Positions 44,892 through 52,110 of a stretch of DNA of 52,110 nt are shown piece by piece. A program made the position numbers and the translations under genes. This stretch comes from a virus (taxonomy: Duplodnaviria > Caudoviricetes), in the IMG/VR virus record IMGVR_UViG_3300009528_000003, positions 1 through 52,110 of that record; one strand, written 5' to 3'. The notes beneath the pieces are model-generated. The model did not search any database and was not told where the DNA came from. It saw only the letters and a program-made list of their open reading frames with translations. How positions within the stretch are numbered: the first letter of the stretch is position 1; each line of letters opens with the position of its first letter.

Positions 44892-45074
44892 ATGTCTCTT
44901 GCTTTAGCATTCTTTTATGCTGGCATCGGCCTCTTGATTGGTTCGCTCTATGGATACTATGTATTTACATCTGGTTGGTCTATACTAAGCAATATAGCAG
45001 CGTATATTGTCTTTGCAGTTCTTGTGTGTCGCTTTAAGAGGTGGCGACTTCGGCGGAGGAGCCATGAACGATAA
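44892..45074 (+). CDS. Small two-TM protein
   Basis: AAGGAG RBS; hydrophobic. Confidence 0.55.
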   Translation: MSLALAFFYAGIGLLIGSLYGYYVFTSGWSILSNIAAYIVFAVLVCRFKRWRLRRRSHER

Positions 45075-45303
45075 TCCCATAGTCGGCGTCCTCGCTGCGG
45101 CCACGAGAGATCACCTGCTGATAGATGTCCAACTTCATATAACTTTGTGTGACCGAAGCCCAAAGGGTAAAGTGTTGTGTGAAAGAGATGCTCGCAAATC
45201 TTTAGCATCCGTTCTAAATGTTTTTAACACATGGGAACGATCAACCAGAAAGTGTAAGTGGTGCGTAAAGAAACGGGAAAAGAGGCAAGCGGAGGTTGTG
45301 TGA
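45064..45303 (+). CDS. Hypothetical protein (CKWC)
   Basis: GGAGGAG RBS before MNDNP. Confidence 0.55.
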   Translation: MNDNPIVGVLAAATRDHLLIDVQLHITLCDRSPKGKVLCERDARKSLASVLNVFNTWERSTRKCKWCVKKREKRQAEVV

Positions 45304-45305
45304 GT

Positions 45306-45638
45306 ATGTATCAACAACAATTAGCAGCACAGGAATGGTGGCGGGCGCAAGTTGGGCTGGGACTTGGTGGTTTGCTTGGTGGTTTGTTCCCGTCTTCAAT
45401 GCCAGCAATGCCTGAAGATCAGAGGTGTTTAGCCCCATCACAATTACAAAGCGGTCTGGGTCATGTTAGCTGGAGAGACTTGATTAACCAAGCCATAACG
45501 ATAGCTGATAGAGAAAAGTTGTTTGATATGATGAAGATCTCAGATTTAACTATAGAAAATCAGCGACTACAAGCAATCGTAGAAAAGCCGGATTGGTGTG
45601 AACTATTTGAAAGGAAGGAGGCTGGAGATTTAAGATGA
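45306..45638 (+). CDS. Hypothetical protein
   Basis: Likely start MYQQQ; ATGA coupling to the HNH gene. Confidence 0.5.
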   Translation: MYQQQLAAQEWWRAQVGLGLGGLLGGLFPSSMPAMPEDQRCLAPSQLQSGLGHVSWRDLINQAITIADREKLFDMMKISDLTIENQRLQAIVEKPDWCELFERKEAGDLR

Positions 45639-46135
45639 AAAGAATATCGTTGACTCAAGATAAAATGGCATTGGTAGATGACATAGATTATGAATCTCTT
45701 AAATGTTTCAGATGGTGTGCGGCTAAAGGTCGTTGTTGTTACTATGCTGTAAGAAGTATTAAAACATCAGATTCCAAATGGCTAACTACCCGTATGCACC
45801 GAGTTATCCTTAATGCACCATATGGGATAGAGGTTGACCACCGCAACGGGAATGGTCTTGATAATCGTAGGTGCAACTTGCGTTTATGTACTCGTACTGA
45901 AAATGGTAGACATCAAAGGCTATTATCAGCTAACAAAACCGGCTTTAAGGGGGTAAGCAAAACAAGGCAAAATCTTAAAAAACCATTTTATGTAAGCATA
46001 AAGGTAAACCTCCGAAGCATAAATCTTGGATATTATCGAACATCAGGGGCTGCCGCACGAGCCTACGATATAGCGGCAATCAAGTACCATGATAGGTTTG
46101 CACTGACAAACAAAATGCTTGGACTCTTATCCTAA
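45635..46135 (+). CDS. HNH homing endonuclease with AP2 domain
   Basis: DHRNGNGLDNRRCNLR; GFKGV...NLGYY...AARAYD. Confidence 0.9.
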   Translation: MKRISLTQDKMALVDDIDYESLKCFRWCAAKGRCCYYAVRSIKTSDSKWLTTRMHRVILNAPYGIEVDHRNGNGLDNRRCNLRLCTRTENGRHQRLLSANKTGFKGVSKTRQNLKKPFYVSIKVNLRSINLGYYRTSGAAARAYDIAAIKYHDRFALTNKMLGLLS

Positions 46136-46149
46136 AAAGGAGAAATGAA

Positions 46150-46338
46150 ATGGCTAAAAAGCAAAAGAGAATTGAAGTAGGGTGGGCCATGATGCGTCTT
46201 AACAAGGCGGGGAATTGGAAGCGGGAATTTTTTAAGACAACAAGAACTGATGCTGTTTCATGGTATGGTTTTCGTGACTACGACAGGGGCCGCCGTGCCG
46301 GTACGCTGAAGGTCAAGAAAGCGTACGTCACGATGTAA
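46150..46338 (+). CDS. Hypothetical basic protein
   Basis: AAGGAG RBS. Confidence 0.55.
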   Translation: MAKKQKRIEVGWAMMRLNKAGNWKREFFKTTRTDAVSWYGFRDYDRGRRAGTLKVKKAYVTM

Positions 46339-46354
46339 TCGTAATGGAGACACA

Positions 46355-46708
46355 ATGGCCTGTAAACTGACAGACAAGTCTCACATCAAAGTGTGTTCAA
46401 CATCCCTAAAGACTTGGGAGTCGCATTGCGCTATATGCGACTATGGGTTGAATCCAACCTGTCCGGTCTGTGGCAAGCAGGTCGAGCAGATCGTCTCTGG
46501 AATAGGTGTGATGTATGCCTGCCCTGATGCATGGGGCAGAGACATAATCTGCATATCAAAGACAGGATATTATCATATCAGTGAGACCGACAAGGCGGTG
46601 GCCGAGTGGAATGCGCTGGCGAACATAAGCCGACTCAAGCTCTGGGCGTTACGTATCCGGCGTTTATTGGCTATTGGAAAAAGAAGGAATTGCAAACATA
46701 GACACTGA
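46355..46708 (+). CDS. Zinc-finger protein (Lar-like pattern)
   Basis: CAIC, CPVCG...AVAEWN. Confidence 0.5.
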   Translation: MACKLTDKSHIKVCSTSLKTWESHCAICDYGLNPTCPVCGKQVEQIVSGIGVMYACPDAWGRDIICISKTGYYHISETDKAVAEWNALANISRLKLWALRIRRLLAIGKRRNCKHRH

Positions 46709-46740
46709 GGTCGTGTTTGAATGAACAAGGATGTTAATAG

Positions 46741-48109
46741 ATGCGGTGGCCTGACGATTTCATAAACTCTGTAATACAGGGGGACGCCATCGAAACCATG
46801 AAAGGGATACCGGCGGGTGTGGTGCAGTGTTGTGTCACCAGCCCGCCATATTGACTGGGGCTTACGTGATTATGGTACGGCTCAATGGGAAGGTGGAGAT
46901 ATGGAATGTTCCCATGTCGAATTATCTAACTTGAAGCGCGATTGCTCTGGGGGTGTTGGTGGCGGAAGAGATAAGGGTACAAGGGGACAACAACCATCAA
47001 GCACAGCATCAACGATACAGTATAGGGAACTATGTGCCAAGTGTGGTGCCCGGCGCATCGACAATCAGATAGGTCTCGAGAAATCGCCAGAGGAATACGT
47101 AGCCAAAATGGTCGAAGTCTTCCGTGAAGTCCGGCGAATCCTTAGAGACGATGGAACGCTGTGGTTGAATATGGGGGATCGTCATGCAAGTCAGGGTGGG
47201 CCAGTAAAAGAGGAGTTCAAAAGCATTTTGGGATGTTCGGATGCTATGATAATTGCTTCTAAATATGACAAGTCTCGTAAGATCGCTGACAGATTCCCCG
47301 GCCTCAAACCCAAAGACCTCTGCATGATCCCCGCCCGTGTAGCTCTTGCGCTTCAGGCCGACGGATGGTGGCTCCGCTCGGTGATCATCTGGCACAAGCC
47401 GTCCTGTATGCCGGAGAGCGTGACCGACAGACCGACAACGGCGCATGAGTACGTCTATCTACTCGCTAAAAGCGAATCCTACTATTACGATGCGGATGCG
47501 ATTAGGGAAAGCAGTATTGATCCTGAAAGCATAAGTGGCCGGAGGCCTCGCAACCCTCGCCAGGCCGACCAATCCGGCGACAAGTTACTGGTTCAAAATA
47601 TATGGAAAATAACGGAACCAATTCCATACCGCAACAAGCGCACCGTCTGGACGATAAACCCTGAGCCGACACCATACGCCCACTTTGCCACATTCCCACA
47701 GCGACTCGTGGAGCCTTGTATTATGGCGGGCACGTCCGAGAAGGGCAACTGCGGCAAGTGTGGGAAGCCGTGGAAAAGAGTAATAGAGCATATCGCTGGT
47801 AAGCATAGTGAACAAGCGAGCAAGTATCAGCGGACGAAATCAGCCGGGATACAAAGTGGGGGTCTGGATACAACAACAATAGGAGGGAAAGCTGGATACA
47901 ATAAGACAACCGGCTGGCAACCATCCTGTGATTGCGGCGTTGATCCTGTGCCGCCGATTGTCCTTGACCCCTTCTCTGGTTCGGGCACGGTCGGTGTGGT
48001 GGCCAAGAAATTGCAGCGAAAGTACGTCTTGATAGACCTGAACGCTGAGTACAACGAGAAGATCGCCAAGCCACGGCTTGCTCAGTGTGAAATAGAGCTT
48101 GCATTATGA
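46741..48109 (+). CDS. DNA amino-methyltransferase (SPPY, N4-C/N6-A beta class) split by a stop and +1 frame change at 46852-46855
   Basis: Frame 1 MRWPDDFINSVIQGDA...CCVTSPPY* then next frame WGLRDYG...HFATFP...VLDPFSGSGT. Confidence 0.85.
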
Positions 48110-48126
48110 CAAGGATGGTTGAGTAG

Positions 48127-48960
48127 ATGGCTTACAAACCACGATGTAGAACAATTCAACCCTCATTTTTTGCTAACTCACAGGTAGCTTCAATGCAGCC
48201 GTTGGCGAGAATAGCTTTTGAGGGGCTTTGGTCAATAGCGGATCGAGAGGGTCGCCTTGAGTACCGGCCAAAAGAAATGAAGCTCTATACCGTACCTTAT
48301 GATGATGTCGAAATTGATGATCTACTCGAAGAAATGCGAAAAGTTGGCCTGATTATTCCGTACATTGTGAATGACCAATCGGTCATATTGATACCTACGT
48401 TCAAAGAACATCAACCTATTCACTGGAACGAAAAAGAGAGTCAACTTCCTGAATATCAAGAGGATAGCTTGGTAGAATCTATTAAGACTCTATCTAAGGG
48501 CTTGCAAGGTCTTGGCAAGAAGGAAGAGGTAAGAGTAAAGGTAAAGGAAAAGGTAAGAGTAAAGGAAAGAGTAAAAGTCAGAAAGAATTTACCAGAACCA
48601 AACCCAGACCATGACAAGGCGATAGAGTATTGGTGCTCCAAATATCTCGACAGGTTCAAGATCAAATACGACTTTCGTGGTGGAAAAGATGGGGATGCCG
48701 TAAAGCGGCTTCTCGCTACTTTCGGGCTGGAGGTATTCTGTCGGATTGTAGATCAGATATTTGTCAGTGACGATCCTTTCTATCGAACTGGCGGCGGGCT
48801 GACCCTGACTGTTCTCAAAGCCAACGCTAATAAGCTGGCACAGGAGATTGTCCGGCAGGATGATGTCTTGGATAGGTTCTCGGAAAAAGGCCGCAAAACA
48901 GTAATCAATATCGCTAAAGTATTACAGGCAAGGAAGAGGCAAGATGCCATCGAGCATTGA
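48127..48960 (+). CDS. Replication initiator protein
   Basis: RTIQPSFF...LWSIADREGR...FKEHQ N-terminal domain; K/E/V linker. Confidence 0.8.
   Translation: MAYKPRCRTIQPSFFANSQVASMQPLARIAFEGLWSIADREGRLEYRPKEMKLYTVPYDDVEIDDLLEEMRKVGLIIPYIVNDQSVILIPTFKEHQPIHWNEKESQLPEYQEDSLVESIKTLSKGLQGLGKKEEVRVKVKEKVRVKERVKVRKNLPEPNPDHDKAIEYWCSKYLDRFKIKYDFRGGKDGDAVKRLLATFGLEVFCRIVDQIFVSDDPFYRTGGGLTLTVLKANANKLAQEIVRQDDVLDRFSEKGRKTVINIAKVLQARKRQDAIEH
48527..48580 (+). repeat. Short purine-rich repeats (AGGTAAGAGTAAAGG x2 plus variants) in the initiator linker; candidate origin
   Basis: Direct repeats inside the initiator gene, as in lambda O-type origins. Confidence 0.4.
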
Positions 48961-49474
48961 ACAAGTTGGAATTATCCTTTCTGAACTATCTGAAATGTTC
49001 AAAGAGGAACTTTCTCAGGGTCGGATAAACGGATATATTGAGGTTTTGAGGCACTACGACTATGAAGATTTACAGTATGCAGTCAAAGAAATTAGAAGAA
49101 CAAGAATGAGTCACTGGTTTCCCTTGCCAGCCGAGATAATCAACATAATCCACACTGATCGCAGGCCGACATACAAGGCTCTATCGGAGTCTGAGCCAAC
49201 ACCTGAAGATTATGAGCGGGGAAAATATCAGTGTCGCTTTGCGGTTTGGTTGATGGGTAGGGTGAGAACTGGTTCGAGAAAGGTGAGGGTTGCAAGGGGA
49301 CGATACAAAATAAAGGCAACCTATCAAACGGGAACGAATTGGCACAAGAAGGTTGACACAAACGATCCGATTGTAATAAAGAAACTTTGGCTGCAATTCT
49401 TAACAGATCAACAAGCCCCTGATTGGCTGATAGATGAAGCCAGAGCTGACATGCCGGTCGAGGTAGAGAAATGA
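48944..49474 (+). CDS. Putative helicase loader or loader-inhibitor-like replication protein
   Basis: Follows the initiator; WFPLPAEI motif. Confidence 0.5.
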   Translation: MPSSIEQVGIILSELSEMFKEELSQGRINGYIEVLRHYDYEDLQYAVKEIRRTRMSHWFPLPAEIINIIHTDRRPTYKALSESEPTPEDYERGKYQCRFAVWLMGRVRTGSRKVRVARGRYKIKATYQTGTNWHKKVDTNDPIVIKKLWLQFLTDQQAPDWLIDEARADMPVEVEK

Positions 49475-49680
49475 CTGAGCACAAGAAGCCGACATCTAAA
49501 GCACCAAATCATAGGTGGTCTGGCTGGCCGGGGGCGTGGTGTCTTGACTGTGGATGCGAGGACACAATGGACGATTATGTTTGTGGTAGGGCTATACCCG
49601 AAGATCATCCCGCTTTACAGCCATGTCCTTGTCTTGGTGCTGGTAAACATGACCCGTATCGGAAAAGAGGTGGCGCATGA
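49471..49680 (+). CDS. Cys-rich hypothetical protein (HRWSGWPGAWCLDCG)
   Basis: ATGA coupling. Confidence 0.55.
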   Translation: MTEHKKPTSKAPNHRWSGWPGAWCLDCGCEDTMDDYVCGRAIPEDHPALQPCPCLGAGKHDPYRKRGGA

Positions 49681-49871
49681 AGACTTGGAGCTTAGATGAA
49701 ATAGAGATGGTAAGGTGGACGATTAACGAGAGATTAGCTGAGTTAGGAGAAAAAGAACGCAAAATTAAGCAGGAGAGAATTGAATTGATACAAGTATTCG
49801 AAAAAACAGAGTTTCAATTTCTTCATCAGATTGATTTAGAAGAAGAGAAAACGAGGGAAGTAGACGTATGA
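49677..49871 (+). CDS. Hypothetical coiled-coil protein
   Basis: ATGA coupling. Confidence 0.55.
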   Translation: MKTWSLDEIEMVRWTINERLAELGEKERKIKQERIELIQVFEKTEFQFLHQIDLEEEKTREVDV

Positions 49872-50101
49872 GTTTGGATTATCGGGTCGTTAAGCATACC
49901 CTCGGAGATGATGGGTATGTCCATTATGATATTTGTGAGGTCTATCACAAGGGTTACACATTTATTTGGACTGTAGGTGGTAAAGCTCCTATTGGCAGAA
50001 CAGTTGAGGAACTGCGGGCTGACTTGAAAGAGATGTTGAAAGCCCTTGATCTTCCTGTGCTGGAGGAAAAAGGAGATACGCTGGTCGAGGTGGAGAGATG
50101 A
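49868..50101 (+). CDS. Conserved phage hypothetical protein (YRVV...ICEVY...LDLPVL)
   Basis: Recognisable motif; translational coupling. Confidence 0.6.
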   Translation: MSLDYRVVKHTLGDDGYVHYDICEVYHKGYTFIWTVGGKAPIGRTVEELRADLKEMLKALDLPVLEEKGDTLVEVER

Positions 50102-50349
50102 CCGAGCCTAAGACTTGTAAGAACGGATGCAAAACAGATCGGCTTATTATGGGATTCTGTCCTTTATGCTATCAAAGGTCTTATGAATATAAGAAGAAGC
50201 TATTGTCAACGACTCGTGCGCCAAAGAAACAGATGACGAAAGCTCAGGCGAATGCAAGGGCTATGAATTTCAAGTATAAGCCGCATGATATACAAAAGTG
50301 GAGTTATGAAAAGATTATCAGGTTGTGGGATAGGATTGAACTAAAGTAA
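50098..50349 (+). CDS. Hypothetical Zn-finger-like protein
   Basis: CKNGC...CPLCY. Confidence 0.55.
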   Translation: MTEPKTCKNGCKTDRLIMGFCPLCYQRSYEYKKKLLSTTRAPKKQMTKAQANARAMNFKYKPHDIQKWSYEKIIRLWDRIELK

Positions 50350-50366
50350 ACTTTTGAAAGGAGAAT

Positions 50367-50633
50367 GTGATGGCGACAGACAAATTAACTGAAGGACGGG
50401 AAAAGTATTGGTCAGAGATTGACGATACGAGAAGGATTGAAAGAATGAGACAAGAGGTTAGGCATCTCAAATCTCAAAATAGACAGCTTATTGAAAGTGT
50501 GCGAAGCCTACTTAAACACACACATAAGGACAATACCCCTCCGCTTGTAGAGATAGAACCCGCCTACGGTTCGCAGCTTTCCGGTGGTGGCCTTATTCAA
50601 GTTGGAGCCATAGGTGATGATGTTTATTTCTAA
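50367..50633 (+). CDS. Hypothetical protein
   Basis: AAGGAG RBS. Confidence 0.55.
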   Translation: MMATDKLTEGREKYWSEIDDTRRIERMRQEVRHLKSQNRQLIESVRSLLKHTHKDNTPPLVEIEPAYGSQLSGGGLIQVGAIGDDVYF

Positions 50634-50684
50634 GCCGGGGACGGCAAACTGGACATGGATGTCCGCTAAAGTAAGGAGGAAAGT

Positions 50685-50924
50685 ATGAACAGAGACAAGA
50701 ATTGGGTTTGGACTAAGGGGCCATATCACAAGAAGTGGCATTGGGGTAAAGTAACACAGATAAGTCCCACTGGGTTTTCTCGCGTTAAGATTAGCATCCA
50801 CTGTGATCCCTATACTACGGGATTAGTATATACATCGTCACGTCCCATTGCTACTTATCCTCCCATTGCAAACAGATGCAAGAGATGTCAGACGGCATAC
50901 TTGAAGTGGAAGAGAACAGCATGA
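50685..50924 (+). CDS. Hypothetical protein (CKRC)
   Basis: AAGGAGG RBS. Confidence 0.55.
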   Translation: MNRDKNWVWTKGPYHKKWHWGKVTQISPTGFSRVKISIHCDPYTTGLVYTSSRPIATYPPIANRCKRCQTAYLKWKRTA

Positions 50925-50949
50925 GTAGTTCCCGACAGATAGGTGCATC

Positions 50950-51432
50950 ATGGTGATTGGGATTGATCCGGCTCCAGCTAAATCAGCTTTCGTTGTTTGG
51001 ACGGGACAGGATATATTTGAATACGGGATTGAGGACAATGAAGAGATACTAATGGACATTTTACCTTTGCTACACAGCCTTTATCCAAAAATGAGTATGG
51101 CGATTGAAAAGATTGTGTGTCTTGGAATGCCTGTTGGAGCGAGTGTATTTGAGACAGTCTTTTGGACGGGTCGATTTTGTCAGGTTTGGAAACGTAGTTG
51201 GTGTAGGATACTCAGAATGGATGTAAAAATGCACCTATGCCACGACAGCCGGGCGAAGGATTCCAATATCAGGCAGGCACTTATAGACAGGTTTGAACCC
51301 GATCTAAAACCGAAATGCCGGCCAAAGAAGGTGCTCAAGGGGATAAGCAAAGACTGCTGGCAAGCTCTTGCTGTTGCCGTTTATTACTATGATACTCAAC
51401 ACGGAATAGAAAGTAACGAGGTGAAAGGATGA
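50950..51432 (+). CDS. RuvC-like Holliday junction resolvase
   Basis: VIGIDP, MAIE, VKMHLC...AKD, DCWQALAVA. Confidence 0.75.
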   Translation: MVIGIDPAPAKSAFVVWTGQDIFEYGIEDNEEILMDILPLLHSLYPKMSMAIEKIVCLGMPVGASVFETVFWTGRFCQVWKRSWCRILRMDVKMHLCHDSRAKDSNIRQALIDRFEPDLKPKCRPKKVLKGISKDCWQALAVAVYYYDTQHGIESNEVKG

Positions 51433-51701
51433 ACGAGCGGGATAAAGAACGTATAGCATCTATACGCCGGTCGATCAATGAAGGTGATTGTCCACCTTAT
51501 TGTATTGGGCCGATTACGGATTTGTTTAAGATTATTGATCGTCTCGACAAGCAACCCAATAAAATGCTCGCCCTGTTGGAGCGGTGGGTGGCGATAACTG
51601 AAGTAGACGAATCTGAAATGGACGAGACTGCTACAAAAGAATTTCTTAGTGTGGTCAACGACACCAAGACCCTGCTGAAAGAAGCGAAGGAGGTGAAATA
51701 A
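51429..51701 (+). CDS. Hypothetical protein
   Basis: ATGA coupling. Confidence 0.55.
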   Translation: MNERDKERIASIRRSINEGDCPPYCIGPITDLFKIIDRLDKQPNKMLALLERWVAITEVDESEMDETATKEFLSVVNDTKTLLKEAKEVK

Positions 51702-51841
51702 TGGTCAAATCAATATGTGGTGATTGTGGTCATGTATTTATGGCGGCTGTGATCTTGAATATGACCAACTGCCCTAAGTGCGGTAGCGCAAATACGTATG
51801 TTGCAACGTGTAAGTAGATCAAATACCAGAGAGGAGATGAG

Positions 51842-52110
51842 ATGATTCGCAACCTAAAGACAGGACGGGTTCTAAAGAACCCTGAGAAGTACATTGAAAA
51901 GCTCCAGCAACGAGTGAAGTTTTTCATTAATCAGAAAGAGTTTTGGCGCAAACGATATGGAAAGGTAATTATACGCTGGAATGAACGCACACACACAACA
52001 TCTCTTAGTAACGGCATTGATCTTATTGAGATCAATGTTGGGGATGTTATAGCTAACATAGGTAAGGTCACAAGTGTTAAGGCATCGAAATGTGATGGCG
52101 GCAATGAAGA
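51842..52110 (+). CDS. Hypothetical protein spanning the circular junction (continues 124..181; MIRNLKTGRV...KMPRDFI)
   Basis: GAGGAG RBS upstream, ATG at 51842, frame open across the overlap to TGA at 179-181. Confidence 0.75.
   Translation, partial: MIRNLKTGRVLKNPEKYIEKLQQRVKFFINQKEFWRKRYGKVIIRWNERTHTTSLSNGIDLIEINVGDVIANIGKVTSVKASKCDGGNE
51988..52110. repeat. Terminal direct repeat, copy 2
   Basis: Exact match to 1-123. Confidence 0.95.

Noticed and set aside
46852-46854. TGA reassignment or selenocysteine readthrough
   Set aside because: The downstream homology is in a different frame, so readthrough would not restore it. TGA, TAA and TAG all end genes normally elsewhere.

Overview
This is an apparently complete, circularly assembled temperate tailed-phage genome of about 51,987 bp. 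Bases 1-123 repeat at 51988-52110, and one ORF reads through the junction. The layout is podovirus-like: terS, terL, portal, scaffold, major capsid, adaptors, nozzle, three internal/ejection proteins (one a large polyvalent protein), a long fibre/spike, and a lysis region with an M15-type peptidase. Next come an attP matching a tRNA-Leu 3' end, a tyrosine integrase, a repressor switch, and recombination, replication and methylase genes. The most striking signal is a split among the virion proteins. Head, portal, the first adaptor and the ejection proteins have no signal peptide. Nearly every tail-side protein (second adaptor, nozzle, fibre and neighbours) starts with a classical Sec-type signal peptide, and these proteins are rich in D-(S/T)-hydrophobic motifs matching the FCB-group periplasmic O-glycosylation sequon. 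This suggests tails are exported, possibly glycosylated and disulfide-bonded, and assembled outside the cytoplasm. Other oddities: a near-perfect parS next to attP, a methylase split at SPPY by a TGA-C/+1 frame change, an ART-fold moron pair, a roughly 400-nt structured leader, CCUCC-loop hairpins, and NtrC-like palindromes near a stand-alone Fis-type HTH gene. All functional calls come from motifs and synteny read by eye; no searches were run.
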